A stretch of DNA of 64,000 nt from assembly GCA_963808235.1 (NCBI GenBank), contig CAWEEQ010000004.1, forward strand, positions 64,001 through 128,000. Reading direction: 5' to 3'. A program made the translations under genes and the position numbers. Of this stretch, positions 46,643 to 55,144 are shown piece by piece. The notes beneath the pieces were generated by a model. The model was not told where the DNA came from, ran no database searches, and saw only the letters and a program-made list of their open reading frames with translations. Each line of letters starts with the position of its first letter. Position 1 is the stretch's first letter. This stretch comes from an uncultured delta proteobacterium (GTDB taxonomy: Bacteria > Desulfobacterota > Binatia > Binatales > Binataceae).

Positions 46643-46950
46643 TGAGCTTGCAAAGGCCGCGGAGTCGGCTGCGCCGACGCACTCGGCGCATTCAGTGCCT
46701 GGACGCAACGGGATTTGCCGAGGTTTGCCTCCAGGAACCGGTGCGTGGCCGTCCACGAAGAAAAGAGTACGTCATCTCCGTCTTGGTGCTCCGCACCACT
46801 CACAAGATGCAACTGGACGCTGCCGCCCGATTGCCGCAACGCTTATTCCATTTCTTCAGCTTGCTCGGGCGGTGTGATCGTGTCGGCATCTCCCTGGATC
46901 AAAAGCACCGGCGCTTTTATCCGGCTGGCCACGGTAACATTCCGGATGTT
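46639..46950 (-). pseudogene. C-terminal fragment of S9/alpha-beta hydrolase with internal stop
   Basis: IKAPVLLIQGDAD..EEME*ALR..GAEH in one frame; TAA at 46843-46845; N-terminus missing. Confidence 0.75.
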
Positions 46951-47049
46951 ACGCCGAAGCCGAGTAGAAGCAATAGCGATTGCGCTAACTAATCGTTTAC
47001 AGTATTTGCTACGCACGATACCCTTGGCGAAACGCACAGCCGAGTTCCA

Positions 47050-47955
47050 ATGACTAGCAGAGTAGCGAAAGTCTCACGCCCGGTTGCGCTAGTATGCCTG
47101 GTCCTGGCGTCGGGATGTTGTACGGTTCCGGCCGGCCAGCTCAAAGCTCTTGCCGAATCAACTTCACAATTGAACCAGGTTAGTCAGCGGGCATACGACC
47201 AGAGCGCGCAGCTCGAACGCGCGTGGATCGTATTGACCGTCAAATCAGGTCAGTTGACCGTCAACAGCTTTGATCTCGAAACCGCGTTTCAATCTCAGGC
47301 AGAGGGCAAGTCGCTGGGTGACAAAGACCTGGGTGCGCGGATGCAAGCCAACGAAGCCGTGCTCACGGTAATTAACAATTACCTGTCGGCGCTGTCTGCA
47401 TTTGCGAACAAGGATTTCCAGTCGGACCTAGATGCGCAGTCAACCAAGCTCGCGGCCAGTGTGAAGAGTCTAGACAGTCTCTCGCAGCCGTGGGCCAAGC
47501 AGGCTGCAGCCAGCTCAGGCTACCTTGCAACCGCAATCGACGGGCTCGGGCATGCCTACATCGAATACCAACGCGTCGAAACTCTCCAACGAACGATGAC
47601 TGCGGTGCAGAAGCCACTGGAGGATCTCGCCGGGTTCGTAATCACAAACGATCAGACCGCCCAGCTGGTGCTCCAACAGATGGAAGGGTACTACATCACC
47701 GACGCAAATGTGCTTCAGCCGCAGCATCATGGCGCCGAGGAGCTTGCTTTTCACGCATACGTCGGGGACATCGTAGGCCAATTTACTGACGCTCGCAAAA
47801 CATTGACCGGAATGGACGCTGCGATGCGAAAATTGCCGGCGGCACACGACGAACTTGAGAAATCGATGTGCTCCGATAAACCGAATATTGAGAGTCTGAA
47901 GGGGCTGATCGCCGAGACTCAGCGTCTGAGTAAGTTTTATAAGTCGGTAAAGTAA
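47050..47955 (+). CDS. Hypothetical all-helical lipoprotein
   Basis: Lipobox ASGC; long amphipathic helices. Confidence 0.75.
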   Translation: MTSRVAKVSRPVALVCLVLASGCCTVPAGQLKALAESTSQLNQVSQRAYDQSAQLERAWIVLTVKSGQLTVNSFDLETAFQSQAEGKSLGDKDLGARMQANEAVLTVINNYLSALSAFANKDFQSDLDAQSTKLAASVKSLDSLSQPWAKQAAASSGYLATAIDGLGHAYIEYQRVETLQRTMTAVQKPLEDLAGFVITNDQTAQLVLQQMEGYYITDANVLQPQHHGAEELAFHAYVGDIVGQFTDARKTLTGMDAAMRKLPAAHDELEKSMCSDKPNIESLKGLIAETQRLSKFYKSVK

Positions 47956-47979
47956 TCCAGCGCAAAGTGATCTAATAAA

Positions 47980-48297
47980 ATGGCAACAAATTCAGATCTA
48001 CAGGACAAGATCGACCAGCTCTCCAAGTGGCTGGTCGCAAACAAAAACCGCATCGGCCCGGACGACAAGGACCAAGCCTTCGACGCGCTGGTGACATTAC
48101 AGAAGGAGAGCCTGGCGGATATTCTTGCGACGTCTCCGCTACCCGACATCACCGCGGCGGTCAAAGCGATGAACGTCGCAATTGACGGAATCAACAAAGA
48201 AACGAAAAAGCTGGCAACCGTCGCGCAGGTAGTAGGTTGGATCGCCGCCGCGGCATCATTGATCGAAAAAGCGCTTGAGAGTGGCGTCGCGTTCTGA
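47980..48297 (+). CDS. Hypothetical small helical protein
   Basis: Operonic; amphipathic C-terminal helix. Confidence 0.7.
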   Translation: MATNSDLQDKIDQLSKWLVANKNRIGPDDKDQAFDALVTLQKESLADILATSPLPDITAAVKAMNVAIDGINKETKKLATVAQVVGWIAAAASLIEKALESGVAF

Positions 48298-48359
48298 TCG
48301 CTCGACCCCCCGAACGAAGTCGTAAAGACCGAAAATAGCACGTTACTGGACCAGAATTC

Positions 48360-48434
48360 TGGTGCCGAGAGTGGGAACGTGCCGAGGGCGGGACTTGAAC
48401 CCGCAGGTGGTTGGCCACGGAGGACTTTGAGTCC
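48360..48434 (-). repeat. tRNA-Leu 3' duplications (att remnants)
   Basis: 48379-48434 matches 54178-54233 at 53/56; 48360-48376 matches the tRNA 3' 17 nt at 15/17. Confidence 0.9.
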
Positions 48435-48554
48435 GAGTGAGCAATGCAACTATTTGCCTTTCCTCGACTGTTCCAATTTGAAGCACGACTGGCGATGACC
48501 TGGTCGCGCCGGTTGCCTTTGCGCGGCTTGGGCAAGCCAATCAGCACAAGCATC

Positions 48555-48570
48555 TGGCACCTGCCTTGCT
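48555..48570 (+). promoter_or_regulatory. sigma-54 promoter
   Basis: TGGCAC-CTGCC-TTGCT, perfect consensus. Confidence 0.75.
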
Positions 48571-48581
48571 GATTACGCTCG

Positions 48582-49607
48582 GTGGATCTCTTCCAAATTT
48601 GCCGCGCTGAAATACCGGCGCGCGAAGCGACCCTAGGTTCGCGATGTGCGCGGGGTCATGGCAGGCCCGCGCCATGGCGACTTACGTTTATCAGCTCCGC
48701 AACCATCGTTGCCCTGATTCTGGCCGCCGGCGTCTTGCACGCTTCAGAGTACGGAGTCGGGACGTATCGCCCGGGCCAGGTTGATTTGTTTGCCGGGACG
48801 CTTCCGGCGCCGGGCGGCTGGCTGGTGAAAAATTATTTTCTCTACCAGGACGCGTCGCTCACGGCGCAGCCGAATAACGCGCCGGTGCGAGTGCATACTC
48901 ATACGATTACCTACACCGACGCGACCTTTGTGGTGTGCACCACCCGACTTAAGATTCTCGGCGCCAGCTGGGGAATGGCGGCGCTCACGCAAACCCGAAT
49001 CGCTGAGCAAACCTTGCGCGTCTCGGTAATAGGAGGACCTACCTCGCGGCAACACTCCACGATTGGAGGATTCGGCGATCTGATCTTTTCGCCGTTGATG
49101 TTGAACTGGAACTTCTCGAACTTTCACCTGGTCGGCGCGCTCATGCTCTATGCCCCCACCGGCGGTTACGATCGTCAGCACATTATCGACATGGGCCTCA
49201 ATAGATGGTCGATCGAACCCGACTTCGGAGTGACCTGGTTCGATGAAGAAACCGATCGTCACGCATCGTTGTTCGCCGGCTATACCATCAACGCTGAAAA
49301 CCCTTCCACGCACTATCTGAGCGGCCAGGAGTTTCACGCCGATTTCGTACTCGCCCAGCATCTGCCGCACGGGCTGGTCGCCGGGATGGCTGGCTACGCG
49401 GTTCAGCAGACCACGCCCGACTCCGGCAGTGGTGCGAACTTCGGTGCGTTTAAAGGACGGGTGATCGGGCTTGGTCCGCTGGCTGGCATCACCGTGCCGA
49501 TCTGGAAAGCACCGGTCAGCTTTTCCTTCAAGTACGAATTCGAATTCGCGGCGCAAAATCGATCGACTGGAAACGCGCTCTGGCTGACGTCGTCGCTGCG
49601 GTTCTGA
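48582..49607 (+). CDS. SphA/MetA-pathway (COG4313) outer-membrane beta-barrel
   Basis: GGFGDL..P, YAPTGGYD, GLNRW, QQTTPDSG, terminal Phe; start uncertain. Confidence 0.85.
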   Translation: MDLFQICRAEIPAREATLGSRCARGHGRPAPWRLTFISSATIVALILAAGVLHASEYGVGTYRPGQVDLFAGTLPAPGGWLVKNYFLYQDASLTAQPNNAPVRVHTHTITYTDATFVVCTTRLKILGASWGMAALTQTRIAEQTLRVSVIGGPTSRQHSTIGGFGDLIFSPLMLNWNFSNFHLVGALMLYAPTGGYDRQHIIDMGLNRWSIEPDFGVTWFDEETDRHASLFAGYTINAENPSTHYLSGQEFHADFVLAQHLPHGLVAGMAGYAVQQTTPDSGSGANFGAFKGRVIGLGPLAGITVPIWKAPVSFSFKYEFEFAAQNRSTGNALWLTSSLRF

Positions 49608-49610
49608 TTC

Positions 49611-52600
49611 ATGCAGGAGGACGGCCGACAAAATCACGATGGCGTGGAAGATGTTGAGCCAGTGGCTCAGGCTCCGCTGGTGCACCTTGCAGATAAATAT
49701 CGCGCCGGCCCCGAAGGCCAGCTTCGCGCGCAGGAGGCTTTCTACAGAAACATAATCGAAGGCGCCGCGGACATAACCACCCTCATTTCCCCCGATGGAA
49801 CTATCATCTACGCCAGCGCGACGTTGGCCGAACCCGGGTCGCTGGGCTATGCGCCCGGAGAAGTAGTCGGCCGCAATTCTCTCGAGATCATACATCCCGA
49901 CGACCGCCCGGGAGTCCTCCACGCGATCGCGAATGACCTGGCAGGAAAGCCTACCACCGTGGAGGCCAGGGTCCTCAAGAAAGACGGGACCTGGATGTGG
50001 GCGGAGATGCGCGGCAAGGCCATTGTCGGACTCGATGGCGAAACTATCGTCGCGGCGTACTCACGCGACATCACTGATCGCAAACGCCTTCAGCAACAGC
50101 TGGAGCAGAGCGAGCAGTACCACAAGGCCTTACTCCACGGGTCCTCGGATCTGATTACCGTGGTTGATCAAGACGGGACAGTCCGCTTTGCGAGCGATTC
50201 GATACAGAGAATCCTGGGTTACTCGCCCGACGAAGTGATCGGTCGGCAAATGTTCTCGTTCATTCACGAAGACGATACCGCCCGCGCCGCGGATTGGCTC
50301 CGCAAAGCCGCACAGTCGCACAGCCTGCTAGCCGAACTCCGCGTGCGCCGCAAGGACGGTACCTGGTGTCTATGCGAGGCTAGCGGCGGGGCAATCCTCG
50401 GGCCCAGCGGCCAATCGCTCCTGTTGGTCAATGTGCGCGATATCACCGAGCGAAAACAAATCGACCGAGAGCATGCGCTGCTCGCGGCGATCGTCGAGTC
50501 CTCCGAGGACGCCATCGTAAGCAATTCACTCGATCAGCGCATCACCACCTGGAACAAGGGCGCAGAGCGAACATTTGGCTTTACCGCCGAGGAAGCTATC
50601 GGGCAGCCCGCGAGTCTCTACATGCCGTCTGACATGAGAGCCTGGGGCGAGAATTTTCTCAATGATCTCAAGACCCGTCTCGATCACGTCCAGAGCTTTG
50701 AAGTCCGGTGCATGCGCAAAGATGGCAGCCGCGTTGATGTATGGACGGTCTGCGGCGGAATCCGCGACCGAAAAGGGAAACTGGTCGGCATCTCCGCGAT
50801 CCACCGCGATCTCACCGAGCTCAAACGCGCCGAACGCGAGCAGGCACTGCTTGCGGCTTTGGTCAAAACCTCGGAGGACGCGATCATCAGCTACTCCACC
50901 GACTTCCGGATCACGAGTTGGAACCGGGGCGCGCAGAGACTCCTCGGCTACACAGCGGAAGATGCACTGGGCAAGATGCCCTTCGAGCTTTACATCCCGG
51001 AGGGAGACCGCGAGACGGACCGGACAAGGCTGACCAACGACCTCGCAATGATAAGGGAAAATCGCGAGGCTAAGCGCCAATTCGAAGGGCCAGTGCTGAA
51101 AAAGGACGGCACCTCGTTCGACGGGGTGATTGTGGGTTGCGGAATCCATGACTCGAACGGAAAGCTGATCGGCTTGTCGACGATTATCCGCGACGTCACC
51201 GAGCGCAGATGCGCCGAGCGCAAACAGTTGCAGCTTGCGACCATCGTCAGCGCCTCCAGCGACGCCATTATCGGATTTTCCAAGGACCTCCGAATCACCA
51301 GCTGGAATCAGGCTGCGGAGAGCCTCTATGGCTATTCGGCCGAAGAGGCGATTGGACGCGGGTTTGATCTGTTCGTCTCCGGCGATCAACTTCCTCAGGC
51401 GCTTGCAGCGGACCGGCGTGTTTTAGAGACCGGCGTTCCGATAACATTCGAGCAGGTTTTCCAGCCCAAGGACGGTTCGACGTGCACCTCGCTGGTGAAC
51501 ATCTTTCCGATTCGCGACCCTGAGGGAAAGATAGTCAGCGGCGCCGGCATCGGACGTGACATCACCGAACGCAAACGCGCCGAGCGCGAGACTGCGGCAC
51601 TCGCCGCCATCGTCAATGCTTCGCAGGACGCGATAATAACCACGTCGCTGGACGCCAAGATCACCGCTTGGAATCCGGGTGCGGAAAAAGCGTATGGCCA
51701 CACCTCTCAGGAGGCTATTGGAAAAGGTATCGAGCTGTATGTTCCACCCGAGGAAATGGAGAAAAGCATTGCCGCCATGCGGCGCGTCGTCGAGACCGGC
51801 CAGCCCGTTTCGTGGGAACACACCCGCGTTCGTGACGGCAATAAGTTTTTTACCGCGGTCAACATTTTCCCCATCTTCGATGAGGCCGGAAGGACTGTCC
51901 GCATAGCCGGCATAGGCCGCGACATCACCGAACTCAAACGTGTCGAGCACGAGGCGTCTTTGCTTGCTGCGATCGTTAATTCTTCGCACGACGCGATCAT
52001 GAACGTCTCGTCGCAGGCCAGGATCACGTTCTGGAATCCGGCGGCGGAAAAGGCCTACGGCTACAAGGCCGAGGAAGCTGTTGGAAAAGGTATCGACATA
52101 TTTGTGCCCCCTGACGAACTTCCGGAAACCATCGCCAGAACCCTGCGCGTGGTTGAGACCGGCCAGCCGATCTCCTGGGAACAACACACCAGCAAAATGG
52201 ACGGCACTCGGCTCGTATACGCGGTCAATATTTTTCCCATCCGCGATGCGGACGGAAAAGTTACCAGCGTGGCCGGCATCGGCCGCGATATTACCGCGCT
52301 CAAGGAAACCGAGCGCCAGCTCGTCGAGGCGCGCGAAGTGGCGCTCGCCGCATCGCGAGCCAAGTCGGAATTCCTGTCCAGCATGTCGCACGAGATCCGC
52401 ACTCCTATGACCGCGATCCTCGGGATGGCCGAGTTGTTGGCCGAGGGCGAGCTCAACCTCGAGCAGCGCCGCTATATCGAAATCCTTTGCAACAATGGCC
52501 ATAGCCTGCTCGACCTTATTAACAGCATCCTGGATCTCGCCAAGGTCGAAAGCGGCCGCCTCGCCCTCGAGAACGTCGGATTCGACCTTTGCGAGGTAGT

Positions 52601-53936
52601 GGAAAAGTCCGCTCAGACCCTTGCTATCCGCGCGCACTCCAAGGGCCTCGAGCTGATCGTCAGCATCGCGGCCGACGTACCGGTCGCGTTGCTCGGCGAT
52701 CCGCTCCGGCTTAGACAGGTGCTTGTCAATCTGATCGGCAACGCCGTCAAGTTTACCGAACATGGCGAAGTGTTGGTTTCAGTGGAGCGCGATTGCTCGC
52801 CGGGCGATAAACGGCGCTTGAAATTCAGCGTTCGCGACACCGGCATCGGAATCGCCGAAGACAAGCTTCCCGCGTTGTTCGCCGCCTTCTCGCAGGCCGA
52901 TTCCTCGACCGCCCGCAAGTACGGTGGCAGCGGCCTCGGACTTGTGATCGTCAAGCGACTGGTCAAGCTCATGCAGGGCGAGGTCACGATACAGAGTGAG
53001 CCCGGCAAGGGTAGCACCTTCGGCTTCACCGCGCCTTTTGAATTGCAGCCGGACCCTCCCGCCGCCGAGCCGTGGCCCGATCTTGCCCGGGTCACGATCC
53101 TGATCGTCGATTCCAACCAGACCGGACGCGCAGTCTTGCGCCTGATGCTCAGCGAGCACGGCGCAAACATCGAGGAAGCCGGGTCGTACGCCGCCGGACT
53201 GGCCGTAATCAAGGAGGGCGTTAGCGCCGGCCGGCCTCCGCGAATCGTGCTGCTCGACGATCGAATCGCCGCGCAAGAGGCTGACGAGCCGGCACGTCTG
53301 ATCGCGGCGGCATCGGATTGCAAAGCATCGATCATCGCGATGCTTCGATGCGACAACTTGGCCGTCGATATTTCGCGGCTGCAATCTCTGAAGCTGGAAA
53401 CCTACTTGCTCAAGCCGGTCGATCTGCGCGAAATCGCGAAACTGGTGCGCCACGTCATCACAGGCGATAGCAGCGAGCCGCCGCAGGAACAGCGCCGATT
53501 GGCAAAAGACTCCGGCCCGCCGCCGCTAGTCAACCACTCGCTCAAAATTCTCTTCGCCGACGATTCGACCGACAATCGAACATTGATCCGCGCTTTCCTG
53601 AAAAAGACCCCCTATCAGCTCGACGAAGTCGAAGATGGCAGGCAAGCCATCGATAGCTTCATCGCCGGCCACTACGACCTGGTGCTGATGGACATCCAGA
53701 TGCCTGAAGTCGACGGCTACGCGGCGACCCGCGCGATCCGCGCTTGGGAGCACGACCACAATCGCGCGCGCACTCCGATAATCGCGCTGACCGCCTCAGT
53801 GTTCAGCGACGCGATCCGCCTCGCGCTGGATGCGGGATGCGACGCGCACGTCGGCAAGCCGATCAGCAAGGCGACCCTGCTTCACGCCATCCAGGATGCT
53901 CTCCAGGGCTCCGCCGAAATCAAGCCGGCGCCCTGA
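49611..53936 (+). CDS. Cytoplasmic hybrid histidine kinase (7 PAS, HisKA, HATPase, 2 REC)
   Basis: Seven RDxT-ending PAS/PAC units; MSHEIRTPM; GGSGLGL; LMDIQMP. Confidence 0.95.
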   Translation: MQEDGRQNHDGVEDVEPVAQAPLVHLADKYRAGPEGQLRAQEAFYRNIIEGAADITTLISPDGTIIYASATLAEPGSLGYAPGEVVGRNSLEIIHPDDRPGVLHAIANDLAGKPTTVEARVLKKDGTWMWAEMRGKAIVGLDGETIVAAYSRDITDRKRLQQQLEQSEQYHKALLHGSSDLITVVDQDGTVRFASDSIQRILGYSPDEVIGRQMFSFIHEDDTARAADWLRKAAQSHSLLAELRVRRKDGTWCLCEASGGAILGPSGQSLLLVNVRDITERKQIDREHALLAAIVESSEDAIVSNSLDQRITTWNKGAERTFGFTAEEAIGQPASLYMPSDMRAWGENFLNDLKTRLDHVQSFEVRCMRKDGSRVDVWTVCGGIRDRKGKLVGISAIHRDLTELKRAEREQALLAALVKTSEDAIISYSTDFRITSWNRGAQRLLGYTAEDALGKMPFELYIPEGDRETDRTRLTNDLAMIRENREAKRQFEGPVLKKDGTSFDGVIVGCGIHDSNGKLIGLSTIIRDVTERRCAERKQLQLATIVSASSDAIIGFSKDLRITSWNQAAESLYGYSAEEAIGRGFDLFVSGDQLPQALAADRRVLETGVPITFEQVFQPKDGSTCTSLVNIFPIRDPEGKIVSGAGIGRDITERKRAERETAALAAIVNASQDAIITTSLDAKITAWNPGAEKAYGHTSQEAIGKGIELYVPPEEMEKSIAAMRRVVETGQPVSWEHTRVRDGNKFFTAVNIFPIFDEAGRTVRIAGIGRDITELKRVEHEASLLAAIVNSSHDAIMNVSSQARITFWNPAAEKAYGYKAEEAVGKGIDIFVPPDELPETIARTLRVVETGQPISWEQHTSKMDGTRLVYAVNIFPIRDADGKVTSVAGIGRDITALKETERQLVEAREVALAASRAKSEFLSSMSHEIRTPMTAILGMAELLAEGELNLEQRRYIEILCNNGHSLLDLINSILDLAKVESGRLALENVGFDLCEVVEKSAQTLAIRAHSKGLELIVSIAADVPVALLGDPLRLRQVLVNLIGNAVKFTEHGEVLVSVERDCSPGDKRRLKFSVRDTGIGIAEDKLPALFAAFSQADSSTARKYGGSGLGLVIVKRLVKLMQGEVTIQSEPGKGSTFGFTAPFELQPDPPAAEPWPDLARVTILIVDSNQTGRAVLRLMLSEHGANIEEAGSYAAGLAVIKEGVSAGRPPRIVLLDDRIAAQEADEPARLIAAASDCKASIIAMLRCDNLAVDISRLQSLKLETYLLKPVDLREIAKLVRHVITGDSSEPPQEQRRLAKDSGPPPLVNHSLKILFADDSTDNRTLIRAFLKKTPYQLDEVEDGRQAIDSFIAGHYDLVLMDIQMPEVDGYAATRAIRAWEHDHNRARTPIIALTASVFSDAIRLALDAGCDAHVGKPISKATLLHAIQDALQGSAEIKPAP

Positions 53937-53948
53937 CTTATCTGGAAT

Positions 53949-54098
53949 CATCGTCGCTACGCGATTGTCGGTGTTGGGATACTCAAGTAAGCAATCGTGA
54001 AGCTGGTCGCGTTCCACAAGACCGAACAGGAAACCGCTGCTGGAAGCGGCTCGAAAGTGGCCGCGCTCGACGACGCGCGCGCGGCCAAATCAAATTAG
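53949..54098 (+). pseudogene. Tyrosine integrase C-terminal remnant
   Basis: HRRYAIV..LK*AIVKLVAFH..KVAAL, convergent with and adjacent to the tRNA 3' end. Confidence 0.55.
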
Positions 54099-54175
54099 CG
54101 TCAAAGTCAACATCAAAGACGTCCCGTCCGAGTGTCAACGATGAACCCTCGAAGCCAGAAAACCCTTGATCTTGT

Positions 54176-54261
54176 TGGTGCCGAGGGCGGGACTTGAACC
54201 CGCACGTGGTTGCCCACGGAGGATTTTGAGTCCTCTGCGTCTGCCATTCCGCCACCTCGGC
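54176..54261 (-). tRNA. tRNA-Leu(CAA)
   Basis: Cloverleaf with long variable arm, GAGGA-CTCAAAA-TCCTC anticodon arm, GGTTCAAGTCC, CCA end. Confidence 0.97.
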
Positions 54262-54478
54262 ATAGGGCGCGGACACCCGCGTCATCTTAGGCAAAGAGTG
54301 CGTCGCAGGAAAGTGGCAACCAGATCCGCGCGGCAAACATCAGATCTGACCAAACAGGAGTGACCGCTGGAATGTACGAATAGTCATAAGCAAGTGTGGA
54401 ACTGAATACTCAGTACACTCGTTGCCAATATACTGGGATTCTTTGCGTATATAATGTTCGCAAGCTCACTATGTATTC

Positions 54479-55144
54479 ATGGAAGCAATCGCCGATCGCC
54501 TGGCGCCTGCCAAGATCGACCATCGTTTGGTCACGGGCTCTGGGCTCAGGGTTGCGGCGGGGAATTGCCTGCTCGCCGCGTCCTTTTTCATCGCAATGAT
54601 TCCCGCCGCGCGCGCTCTCACCTGGAACGTGGCCGGTCTCGCCAACCTCGTATGGTTATGCGGCGCCGCGATCATGGCGATATTGTCCTTTGTGCGGACT
54701 GCGCCGCGGAGCACGATGGTCAACATGTGGACCGTCGCCGCGACTGGCGGGATGCTGGTCCTGCCATGCCTGATGCGTCCGATCGCTCCCTCGGCCGGCC
54801 TGCTCGCCCTTGGCGGCGTTGTGCTCGAGTTGCTCGGGATCGCGCTCACGCAGGTCGCGCGCGTTTACATGGGTCGCAGCTTCGGAATCCTGCCTGCCAA
54901 TCGCGGAGTCGTCTCGCAAGGTCCGTTTTCATGGGTTCGCCATCCGATTTATTTCGGCTGGATCGCGCTCTCGATCGGTTACGCGATGTCCTATCCGAGC
55001 GCGCGCAATGTACTGCTGATCGTGGTAACGCTGCCGTTCATGGTGTGGAGAATCGAGCAGGAGGAGCGTCATCTGCGCGATGATCCAGAGTACTGCAGTT
55101 ATGAGCGGCGCGTGCGCTACCGGCTGGTGCCGGGTCTGGTCTGA
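54479..55144 (+). CDS. ICMT/PEMT family methyltransferase-like membrane protein
   Basis: GPFSWVRHPIY, RIEQEE, VRYRLVPG. Confidence 0.88.
   Translation: MEAIADRLAPAKIDHRLVTGSGLRVAAGNCLLAASFFIAMIPAARALTWNVAGLANLVWLCGAAIMAILSFVRTAPRSTMVNMWTVAATGGMLVLPCLMRPIAPSAGLLALGGVVLELLGIALTQVARVYMGRSFGILPANRGVVSQGPFSWVRHPIYFGWIALSIGYAMSYPSARNVLLIVVTLPFMVWRIEQEERHLRDDPEYCSYERRVRYRLVPGLV

Noticed and set aside
46843-46845. Recoded stop (Sec/Pyl) in the hydrolase fragment
   Set aside because: Codon is TAA and the gene lacks its N-terminus
48360-48450. Second functional tRNA-Leu
   Set aside because: Lacks the 5' acceptor strand and D-arm; it is an att fragment
48744-52763. Long minus-strand ORFs (392, 287, 446 aa)
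   Set aside because: Antisense shadows of the SphA barrel and PAS kinase
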